From: a virus
Virus record (IMG/VR): IMGVR_UViG_3300048793_000029
Coordinates: 8,250 to 72,249 of that record
Direction: 5' to 3' (one strand)
Length of the DNA stretch: 64,000 nucleotides
Of the stretch, positions 8,316-16,137 are shown piece after piece. Made by a program: the position numbers and the translations under genes. The notes beneath the pieces were generated by a model. That model was not told the origin of the DNA. It ran no database searches and saw only the letters and a program-made list of their open reading frames with translations. Each line of letters begins with the position of its first letter. The first letter of the stretch is position 1.

Positions 8316-10785
8316 GCTGTCTCTCCCGTTTCCATTTTTCGTAGCTCACGCCACTGCCCCAGGGGCCTAACTTCGTATCTCCGCAGATGGGGACCGTGAA
8401 CTCAATCCCGAAGTCTTTGAGGATATCAGGACCTGTCATGATTTCTTCGATGCGTCGCACGACCCTGTCTACTGCGTCAATACGAACTTCAATGAGAATA
8501 CTGTCGTGAACGGTGACAGTAGGCTGAAAGACAAGGCGCGAGAACTCAGAGGACATCTGAAGGAGCACTGCAAGGTTAAGGTCGCTCGCACAGCTCTGGA
8601 TCGGGCTGTTGATCGCCTGTCTTAGCGCCTCAGCACGTTCAGGGGTATCCTCGTAGGATAAGGCCTGAGGGAGACGACGTTTTCGCCCAAATAACGACCT
8701 TACAAAGCCATGGCGGCGAGCATACCGACGTTGATCGCTGTGCCAGTCCTCAAGGCGATACAAGTCAAAGAAGGATTTACGGCTTTCCTGTGCCTCCTCC
8801 GGTGAGATCTTCATGTCATAGTTATCTCGGGCGTAGATGATGAACTTCTTCCACCACATTCCGTATGAGTACCCAAAATTGACGGCCTTAGCTTTCTTGC
8901 GCAATTCCTTCCACACCTTGTCGACTTCTTGGGCGGCATCAGGACCGGCTTCGAGCAAAATCTCGATCGCCTCGCCATATTTCATCGGCCCTCGGCGTTG
9001 ACTGAGCGTCTTAGCCGTTTCAATAACTAGTTCAGCTTGGCCCGCCCCTCGTTCTAACTCACGCATGGCAGTTAGCCAATGAATGTCTACTCCCTCACGA
9101 AAGGCCTTCATCATACTAGGGTCTCGGGAGATCTCGGCAATAAGACGTAATTCTATCTGGGACAAATCAGCTTCGAGAAGGACATAGCCGGGAGGTGCAG
9201 TGATTTGAGACCGGATGCGCGTGTCACGGGGCACTTGCTGGAAATTGGGGTGTTCGCATGAAGGACGACCGGTGACCGTGCCGTGTAGCTTGAAACTAGG
9301 GTGGATGCGATGATCGACTATGTAAGGCTTCCATCCGTCAACGAAAAAGGACAGTTGCTGCTTAGCCCCTCGAAACCGCAACAGGTCGGCGACGCAATCG
9401 TGATCAATCTGCTTGAGGGCGCTCTCGGCGGTAGAGTTAGCCCCTTTCTTTGTTTTCATTGGACACTTGAGCTTTAGCTTTCCATAAAGCAACTCACCCA
9501 CTTGCTTAGGCGACGCCCAATTGATGTCGCCCCACTTGCTCAAATTCTTGGTGGTGACACGGATCTCATTGTTGAGAAACTTCTCTGCCTCCACGTGCTT
9601 AGTGTGGTCGATAAAACACCCATGGCATTCCATCTCGACGAACAAGCGAGCGACGGGCATCAATAGTTTGTTAAAAACTTTTTCTACCTGAGGGTCTTTC
9701 GATAAAGCTTTTTTCAGCTTGAAGTACAGTCTACGAGTATAAAAAAGGTCATGAGCGTGATAGCTCGCAATCTTTTCCATCGAAGCTTTGCCTTGCTTTT
9801 CTTCGAGGGGGATGTCCCACTTGGGAGCCCCGAAGAATAGCTGAGCCAGAAATTCCAGGTCGTGAGGACTGTTTTCGTCTGTCAAGTAATGGGCTAACAT
9901 AGTATCGAAGTCATTGGACCACTTGACGCCATAGTGAACAAGTAACCACAGGCAGTCGAACTTGCCGTTTTGAAAGACAAGGATGCAGTCGTCTAGCTTC
10001 TTGTTGATACGATCGATGATTTTTTTGACGTCTGTTTTTGACCAGGGGCTGTCAGAGTGATTGATGAAAAGACTGAACTCGCCGGCGGCGGTTCCGAAGC
10101 CCAGAGTAACAATCGCCGCCCCTTCATCCCACGGATACAGTCCGGTCGTTTCAATATCACAGGACACGATGCCTGAGAGTGCTTCAATGAACTGATCAAC
10201 TCGCTTCCAACTATCGACGATGATCGAGTTCAATCCTTCCTCTCGAGGGATTCCCCCATACTCAATGATCTCGCGAAAGACGCGCAAGTCTGCTTCGACT
10301 GTGGGACGATCTCGACCGTCACCTCGTAGGATATAAGAAGGGTGATAGGTGGGCAGCACAATCATTCCTTGATGTTCGATGGGTCGTCCCCGTAATTTCT
10401 TGATCCCCTTTAATCCAAGCACAGCTTGAAGGGCAACACCCCCAAGCAGCAACACGTACTTAGGCTTGATTGTGGCGATTTGATAGTCAAGCCACTTTTT
10501 ACACGCTTCGATTTCCTTTTTCTTGGGCGTACGATTGTCGGGCGGACGACAACTGACGGCATTGGTGATAAATAGTTTCTTGCGAGGAAGTCCCACTTCT
10601 TCGAGCATTTCGTCGAGCAACTTTCCTGCGCGTCCAACGAAGGGCTTTCCCGTTTCATCTTCGCTAGCGCCCGGGGCTTCTCCAATCACCATGACATTGC
10701 ACGGCTCCGGCCCTTGTCCGAGAAGACAGACGTGCTTTGCCTCTTCGTGCAGGATGCAGAGCTGACAGTGCGCGTCACGTTTCAT
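8308..10785 (-). CDS. polA: family A DNA polymerase with N-terminal family-4 uracil-DNA glycosylase domain
   Basis: UDG: C..C, GEAPG..E...G.PFVG, NAVSCRPP.NR, YHPS. Exonuclease: DIETTGL, NGKFD. Polymerase motifs DLSQIELR, KAVNFG..YG, VHDS. Confidence 0.95.
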   Translation of the reverse strand: MKRDAHCQLCILHEEAKHVCLLGQGPEPCNVMVIGEAPGASEDETGKPFVGRAGKLLDEMLEEVGLPRKKLFITNAVSCRPPDNRTPKKKEIEACKKWLDYQIATIKPKYVLLLGGVALQAVLGLKGIKKLRGRPIEHQGMIVLPTYHPSYILRGDGRDRPTVEADLRVFREIIEYGGIPREEGLNSIIVDSWKRVDQFIEALSGIVSCDIETTGLYPWDEGAAIVTLGFGTAAGEFSLFINHSDSPWSKTDVKKIIDRINKKLDDCILVFQNGKFDCLWLLVHYGVKWSNDFDTMLAHYLTDENSPHDLEFLAQLFFGAPKWDIPLEEKQGKASMEKIASYHAHDLFYTRRLYFKLKKALSKDPQVEKVFNKLLMPVARLFVEMECHGCFIDHTKHVEAEKFLNNEIRVTTKNLSKWGDINWASPKQVGELLYGKLKLKCPMKTKKGANSTAESALKQIDHDCVADLLRFRGAKQQLSFFVDGWKPYIVDHRIHPSFKLHGTVTGRPSCEHPNFQQVPRDTRIRSQITAPPGYVLLEADLSQIELRLIAEISRDPSMMKAFREGVDIHWLTAMRELERGAGQAELVIETAKTLSQRRGPMKYGEAIEILLEAGPDAAQEVDKVWKELRKKAKAVNFGYSYGMWWKKFIIYARDNYDMKISPEEAQESRKSFFDLYRLEDWHSDQRRYARRHGFVRSLFGRKRRLPQALSYEDTPERAEALRQAINSPIQSCASDLNLAVLLQMSSEFSRLVFQPTVTVHDSILIEVRIDAVDRVVRRIEEIMTGPDILKDFGIEFTVPICGDTKLGPWGSGVSYEKWKRERQHV

Positions 10786-10994
10786 TGTTGTTCCGTTAGG
10801 CGTCGCAGTACCTCTCGCTTACGCTCGAGTTCGGCTTTGGCGAAGCCCCCCAATTTGCGTAGAGCGTTCAACTCGATCTCGGCTTGACCCAGTTGTTCCT
10901 CAGCGTGACGTTCACGAATGGTGATCGCTTTGCTGACTTCGACCAAGCCGGTGATCTCTTCACGAATAGCTTTGATGGGATCGAACTCACTCAT
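10782..10994 (-). CDS. hypothetical coiled-coil protein
   Basis: ATGA overlaps with both neighbours. Confidence 0.55.
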   Translation of the reverse strand: MSEFDPIKAIREEITGLVEVSKAITIRERHAEEQLGQAEIELNALRKLGGFAKAELERKREVLRRLTEQQ

Positions 10995-11452
10995 GCGACA
11001 AGTTCGTTGGTCAAATAATTGATAGTGTACCCGCCGGGGGTCATGCGATAGACTTCGACGCCGGCAGCGACGAGAAGGTCAATGCCTTCAACAAGGCGAT
11101 ACTGGTTGAGATAAAATATTTTCTCAACCTTCTCTTTGATAATGATCGCGGCGCAGTCCGGGCAAGGACTCTCGGTGACATAGAGGGCCTTGCCTGAAGT
11201 TCGACGCCTATCCCACGAGGAGAGACGCTCAAAGGCATTCACTTCGGCATGCACCGCACGATGGCAGCCAGCTGAACTTGGACAATTCTTACCTGTACAG
11301 TGAGGCTCTCCCGAGGCGGGACCGTTATACCCAGAACTTATGATGCGATTATCGGCGACGAGAATAGCCCCAACGCTACGTCGGTAACACGTCGATCGAA
11401 GAGCCTCTACCTCGGCATGTTTCATCCACAGCTGATTTCGGCTAATTCTCAT
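10991..11452 (-). CDS. dCMP deaminase-family protein
   Basis: RSTC.R..VGA, SGYNG, HAE.NA, PCPDC zinc motifs. Confidence 0.92.
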   Translation of the reverse strand: MRISRNQLWMKHAEVEALRSTCYRRSVGAILVADNRIISSGYNGPASGEPHCTGKNCPSSAGCHRAVHAEVNAFERLSSWDRRRTSGKALYVTESPCPDCAAIIIKEKVEKIFYLNQYRLVEGIDLLVAAGVEVYRMTPGGYTINYLTNELVA

Positions 11453-12314
11453 CCGACACCCCGTGCTCTTTAGTCAGTTGAATGTAATCATTGCGGAACA
11501 TGTGCAAATTGGCGATCTGCAAGACAAAGACGCCAGGCAATACACCAGTCCACTGAGCTGGGTCCATGAGACGTAGCTGATCGAGAGCCCACAGGAGGAG
11601 GCGCACGGTGAGATAGATATCGTCACGCATGTGATGGGCGAGGTCACACGAACGAAGCTGATAAGAGATATCGAGTGAATTGCCGGTGAGCATGAAATGA
11701 TAAAAAAGCGAGCAGGGCTTGCGACGGCCTGGTTGGTAGCCCGTATCTTCGGGGAAGAACACTGGTAATATCGCCTGTCGTGTGGTGGGATCTTCCTTTA
11801 GCTCGAGCACGACATCATCGAGATCACCGTAGGGGAAGTAAATACCCCGATGGGATGGTGGAGTCAAGACACCATCTTCAGGCAAGATGCCTCCTGAGTA
11901 CATGCCAGCGTACTTAGGCCAGTAACGCATGGCGTAAGTGTGATCAAAGATTCGCTCTGGGCCGGGATCACCGACGCTCAGTGGATCTATGCGCGACTTA
12001 TCGGCGCTGGCGCCCCACGGCCAATTTCGCCATTCTTTGCCCGGGTTGAGGGGATTTCCATCCACTCGTTCTTCGAAGTGATTGTCGGCCCAGGGAAGGT
12101 TAGGTTTGATCTCTCGGCGATAAAAACCTAGCTCTTTTAGGACCATGGGAACTTTCATGGTAAAGTGATGCAGCTCATGTGTTGCGGCATCCGGCTTTCG
12201 CGAGACGTCGATGCCTTGCCATTTCCCGCGATGCACGAGTAAGCTACGCAGACGCATCTGGTCAAGGGCGTAGTCGATGGCTTCGGGAAAGCTATTGAAG
12301 GTCGTCACTGTCAT
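11442..12314 (-). CDS. thymidylate-synthase-fold enzyme, probable dCMP (hydroxy)methyltransferase
   Basis: DPTTRQA, catalytic PC, RSCDLAHHMRDD (Asp where TS has Asn), NLH.F; start probably 12314 or 12308. Confidence 0.85.
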   Translation of the reverse strand: MTVTTFNSFPEAIDYALDQMRLRSLLVHRGKWQGIDVSRKPDAATHELHHFTMKVPMVLKELGFYRREIKPNLPWADNHFEERVDGNPLNPGKEWRNWPWGASADKSRIDPLSVGDPGPERIFDHTYAMRYWPKYAGMYSGGILPEDGVLTPPSHRGIYFPYGDLDDVVLELKEDPTTRQAILPVFFPEDTGYQPGRRKPCSLFYHFMLTGNSLDISYQLRSCDLAHHMRDDIYLTVRLLLWALDQLRLMDPAQWTGVLPGVFVLQIANLHMFRNDYIQLTKEHGVSDEN

Positions 12315-13191
12315 CTCCATCAGGATCAACATAGTTATTGCGAAAGCCCGGGTGGTTTTTTCGTAGATAGACTTGAAGCTCGCGTTGCCTTTTGTGGCTG
12401 ATGCGCTCAAGGGCATCCTTACGCACGCGCATCGCTTGACTAAATTTCTCAATCCCACGACGATGCTCGGGGCAGAGATAACGAGCGCTCCACTTGACCA
12501 GCCAGTTGGCGAAGAAGCCATCAGCTCGTTTGATAGCATCGATGATTCGTAGCGGATCGTTTAGGTGGGGGATGATCGTTACGAAGTACATAGGATGAAT
12601 GGTGACGTTCGCAAAGTGGGCTGTGACACCTCGACACTCAAGACCCTTAAAGTCAAACGGCGAGAGAAGGACATCCCGGAGAAGGATAAGATCGGCGGGA
12701 AATTTCTTAAAGAGCTCCGTGGTCCTATAGAAAACGTCAATGGTATAAGTTTTCTTGGTGAGTAAGGTGATGACTACAGATTGGATGCAGGGGCCAAAAA
12801 CACTGGCACGTTTCGATCGCTTGGCGTCGATGGAGCCTCCTTTGACGAAGTGGGCATAGGTCGTGAAACCTACGCTCCCATACTTGCCCTGCTCTTTTCG
12901 TTTGTTCCACAGCTGAAGAGCGACGTTACGGCTCTCTTCGTGAAGATAGTGCTTGGTCAACATCGTCAGCTTGCTTTTGGTGTAGCCGGCGTCTCGGAGT
13001 TGGAGAGAGTCGTCAAGAGAGGAGAAGTGCAAAGTCATGGGTCTCAGAATCTTGCGGCAGCCTGAATATAAATCGGCTACTTGGCCTGAGGCGTCCAGGC
13101 AATGCTGAACCCACTCTTCCCTAAGCGTACCGCCGCCCTGCCGACCGCGAGACGCGACGACAGAGCGGCGGGGCTTCGACCGGGTCACCAC
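12292..13191 (-). CDS. divergent second thymidylate-synthase-fold protein
   Basis: GPCIQSV...VFYRTTELFKKFPADL...FANVTIH aligns by eye to TS PC...YQRSxD...PFN...H; start uncertain. Confidence 0.55.
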   Translation of the reverse strand: MVTRSKPRRSVVASRGRQGGGTLREEWVQHCLDASGQVADLYSGCRKILRPMTLHFSSLDDSLQLRDAGYTKSKLTMLTKHYLHEESRNVALQLWNKRKEQGKYGSVGFTTYAHFVKGGSIDAKRSKRASVFGPCIQSVVITLLTKKTYTIDVFYRTTELFKKFPADLILLRDVLLSPFDFKGLECRGVTAHFANVTIHPMYFVTIIPHLNDPLRIIDAIKRADGFFANWLVKWSARYLCPEHRRGIEKFSQAMRVRKDALERISHKRQRELQVYLRKNHPGFRNNYVDPDGDDSDDLQ

Positions 13192-13209
13192 GGGATAACA
13201 GCTCGCCGG

Positions 13210-13575
13210 TCAAACGAGATCAGAGAGGATGGGCGGTTGCCACCCCAAAGGCTTCACCACGTCATGAGTGGAGTCTCGCGTGCTCTGGTCAGCGTGCGTT
13301 GCGCGAACCTTCTTCATGTTCGCTCCGTGTACGCGGCGCCAAGCTTCCTCGAAATTATATCCATGCAGGTAGGCAGTCCCCAACGCGACATAGACAAGGT
13401 CCACCAAAGCGTCGAGTTCTTGAACTCGAGTGAGGGCGTCGCAGTATTCGTTCAGTTCTTCTTCCAAGAACTTGATGCGAAAAGCCCCGAGGTCGGCGGG
13501 TAGTTTTCTCGGCGGGCCGGAGTAAGCAAGTTCAAACTTCTCATGAAACTCTGCGATGTCGTCGATCATGTTCAT
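13210..13575 (-). CDS. MazG-like / PRA-PH-type NTP pyrophosphohydrolase
   Basis: EFHEKF, EEL.EY, DALVDLVYVA.G, VH.ANM.K, KP.GW.PP. Confidence 0.88.
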   Translation of the reverse strand: MNMIDDIAEFHEKFELAYSGPPRKLPADLGAFRIKFLEEELNEYCDALTRVQELDALVDLVYVALGTAYLHGYNFEEAWRRVHGANMKKVRATHADQSTRDSTHDVVKPLGWQPPILSDLV

Positions 13576-14084
13576 GTGTTGCTCCCGTTGCGGTAGATAG
13601 CTCGTTCAACGCAATCAGCGATGAAGCTCATGGAGTCGCCGATGCGATAAATGAGATGTGCGTGCTGAATGGCCCAAGCTCGATAAAGCGTGAGCATCTT
13701 GTCGTAACCTTCGCGAACTTGACGCAAGTGGTCCTCAGTGTCAACGCCATCGTTGAAGGTGTGACCCGCCATGCCTCGTCCAACTGGATCGCAGTAGATG
13801 AAAAAAGGCCTTGAGTCATAGAACTGCTGGACGAGTTCGTCGCGCATCCCGGCGGCGTCATGTCCACTGCGTATGGTGCGATAGATCGTCTGACTGACGA
13901 CGGGATGACGATCAAAGATAGTGTGCGGCATCAGAGCATAGCGCTCGATACGGACATCTACTTCGCCTTCATACTTAGGCGGTCCTTCACTTGGTTGCAC
14001 TGACCAATCGGGAAAACCCGCAGTAAGAAATTTAATCAGGGTAGACTTGCCTGAGTTATCTATCCCCTCGACGACAACGTTCAT
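13572..14084 (-). CDS. deoxynucleoside monophosphate kinase (TMP-kinase-like)
   Basis: VEGIDNSGKST P-loop; IFDRH...S..IY. Confidence 0.82.
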   Translation of the reverse strand: MNVVVEGIDNSGKSTLIKFLTAGFPDWSVQPSEGPPKYEGEVDVRIERYALMPHTIFDRHPVVSQTIYRTIRSGHDAAGMRDELVQQFYDSRPFFIYCDPVGRGMAGHTFNDGVDTEDHLRQVREGYDKMLTLYRAWAIQHAHLIYRIGDSMSFIADCVERAIYRNGSNT

Positions 14085-14662
14085 TTAACCGCTCCTGTCC
14101 AGTGGAGAGTGGGTGGTCCCTTGTGCTTATGATCCCAGACGAACCACGCGTAAGCTGTGGCCGATGTGGCCTTCATCTTGCCATTAGCGCGACGAATGGG
14201 AGGCATCAACGTCACTCGCTGAGAAAAGACGATTACTTTAGCCAGAGGGGTACAAGTGAAGATATCTTCATACCGGCCCATACTTTCGAGAAAGGCTAGA
14301 CGCAAAAAGAGCGCTAACTTACGACGAGATTTCACGAGACCAACACGGACAAAATCTTCGGCGAGGGAGAAAGGCGGGTTGGTGATGATGTTGTCCGATG
14401 ATTTTGGTCCCTTCTCCTCTAAAAAGTCAATGCCCGATCGACCGAAGCCTCGATCATGTAGGTCTGTAGCGGTCACGGAATAGCCGGCGGCTCGCAATGT
14501 CTTTGCCATATCGCCTTTGCCGCAAGCGGGTTCCCAGACGTTGCCGGTAAACTTTACTTGCTCGAGTAGGGCTTCGGTGGCATAAGAAGGTGTAGGGTAA
14601 AAGCCATGCTGATGGGGCTTATTATTCTGTCGCACACCGTAGTCGCCGGCAATGGCCATCAC
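14081..14662 (-). CDS. SAM-dependent amino-methyltransferase (probable DNA m6A/m4C)
   Basis: FYPTP, WEPACGKG (motif I), IITNPPF (motif IV), YAWFVW. Confidence 0.85.
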   Translation of the reverse strand: MMAIAGDYGVRQNNKPHQHGFYPTPSYATEALLEQVKFTGNVWEPACGKGDMAKTLRAAGYSVTATDLHDRGFGRSGIDFLEEKGPKSSDNIITNPPFSLAEDFVRVGLVKSRRKLALFLRLAFLESMGRYEDIFTCTPLAKVIVFSQRVTLMPPIRRANGKMKATSATAYAWFVWDHKHKGPPTLHWTGAVK

Positions 14663-15873
14663 TCGGCCTCCGGTGCTGAAAGGAGTTTGATGTCGGGTAA
14701 GGAAGCCCCGATCAGGCCCTGGAGATCGCCGTACATGCCTGACGTGCTTGAGATAACTTGCATCACTTGCTTCTCCCTCTTAGACCAACGCCGCTCGGCA
14801 ACACGCCTTTCTTCGGCGATATCGACTTGCATCTCGGTGAAGGCTTCGACGATTGCTTCGACACGTTGGCGAAAGCCGGGGCCGGAGAGATAGTCATAGA
14901 TGACTTCCATCTTCTCCTTCTTGCCCACCGAGGAGGCGCGAACTTGGGCAACTTCCATGAGCTGAAGACGACAGGCAGCGGCGAGGGCCATGGCGTGGTC
15001 TAGTGACACGATCCATACTCCTTCGACATGAGCGAAGGTCTTCACAGCGTCAGGCATTGTTGTGCTGACGATGATGGCGATGTCCGCCTTAGCCGTTCGC
15101 TGGTCAGACTTTAGCTTTGGCAGCCATTCGTCTTTCCACGCTTTGGTCCGCTTGATCTCCCAGATGATGGAGCCCGCCTGAGCCCCGGAGCGATCGAGGA
15201 CGCAATGCAAGACGTCGGCGCCAGTGACGCCTTTAGGCACGGGCTCGATGCGATCGAGGGGAAACGTAGCGGCGAGGGTTTTCTCAATCTCTAGCTCTAG
15301 TACTTCGCCTTGCGTTTGTTGCGAGCCTTGCTCGAGACGACGCTGTAAGGTTTCTACCGTAGTGAGAGCATCACTAAGACGCTTGTCCTTCTCGGCGTCT
15401 TTGAGGCGGCGCTCATTATCCAGGCGATCAGTGATTTCACTCGTTAGATCGGCGCGAGCAGTGTCAAGCTTACGCGCAACCTCTAGCTCGAGGGACTGCT
15501 CGCGCTCCTCCAACTCACGCGCACGGTTACGCAACGCAAGCTCGGAGGCTTGCGCCTCGCGTCGTTGTTTGTCAGCCGACGCCGCTTGTTGACGCAAGGA
15601 CTCTACCTCGGCGGACACCGCAGATCGAGCTGCCTCCTCAGCAGTCGCCGTAGCTTGCCTAGTGGCCACGGCTACACGATCTGCGATTGTTCGCTCAGCT
15701 ACGAGCTCGGACTTTTTAAGGCGTTGCTCACGGGCAGTGATGTCTTCTTGCTGGGTGAGTACTTCAGCACGCATCTCTTCGCGTGTTCGTTCAGCGATCT
15801 GATGCGAAAGTAGATCGGTGAGAGGAATGATATGTCCGCAGTTAGGACACTTTAAATTGTCAAGTGTGCTCAT
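14659..15873 (-). CDS. DUF2130-family coiled-coil / nuclease-fold protein
   Basis: CPNCG zinc knuckle, long coiled coil, QGSQQ.QGE.LE, FP.D.IEPVPKG..GAD, IIWE.K.TK.W...W..KLK.DQR. Confidence 0.8.
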   Translation of the reverse strand: MSTLDNLKCPNCGHIIPLTDLLSHQIAERTREEMRAEVLTQQEDITAREQRLKKSELVAERTIADRVAVATRQATATAEEAARSAVSAEVESLRQQAASADKQRREAQASELALRNRARELEEREQSLELEVARKLDTARADLTSEITDRLDNERRLKDAEKDKRLSDALTTVETLQRRLEQGSQQTQGEVLELEIEKTLAATFPLDRIEPVPKGVTGADVLHCVLDRSGAQAGSIIWEIKRTKAWKDEWLPKLKSDQRTAKADIAIIVSTTMPDAVKTFAHVEGVWIVSLDHAMALAAACRLQLMEVAQVRASSVGKKEKMEVIYDYLSGPGFRQRVEAIVEAFTEMQVDIAEERRVAERRWSKREKQVMQVISSTSGMYGDLQGLIGASLPDIKLLSAPEAE

Positions 15874-16046
15874 GCCACTCTCCTTACTTCTTCAAAAGTC
15901 ACCAGCAAATGCTGGGCGCAGCGCCATGCCGCCTTAAGGGCTTCCTTGGCGGGTCCTTGTGTCCGGACGGCGCCAGACTCAAAGATCTTCCACCACTCGC
16001 CGGTGATGCAGACCACTTTCTGTCCGACGACGAAGTTGCATTTCAT
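15870..16046 (-). CDS. small hypothetical protein (58 aa)
   Basis: Not in the ORF track: MKCNFVVGQKVVCITGEWW...; GGGAG RBS; ATGA overlap with the next gene. Confidence 0.55.
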   Translation of the reverse strand: MKCNFVVGQKVVCITGEWWKIFESGAVRTQGPAKEALKAAWRCAQHLLVTFEEVRRVA

Positions 16047-16137
16047 GGCTGGGCTCCCGTGCTAAATCTCGTCAGTTGCACGCGAGAGCTTATTACGTTA
16101 CGTTCTTCGCTGTCAACGCCGCCTCAACGGGATCTCC
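16047..16137. promoter_or_regulatory. divergent promoter region
   Basis: Strand switch. TTGCAC-N17-TACGTT on + (16076-16104) and TTGACA on - (16116-16111). Confidence 0.4.

Noticed and set aside
12315-12539. N-terminal extension of the TS-like ORF
   Set aside because: Overlaps the upstream gene in another frame; a better start lies at 12314 or 12308.
10991-14084. hmdU / thymidine hypermodification pathway
   Set aside because: No 5-hmdU DNA kinase or amino-acid:DNA transferase recognised in the window, and the TS homologue has the dCMP-type Asp. Not fully excluded without nucleoside analysis.
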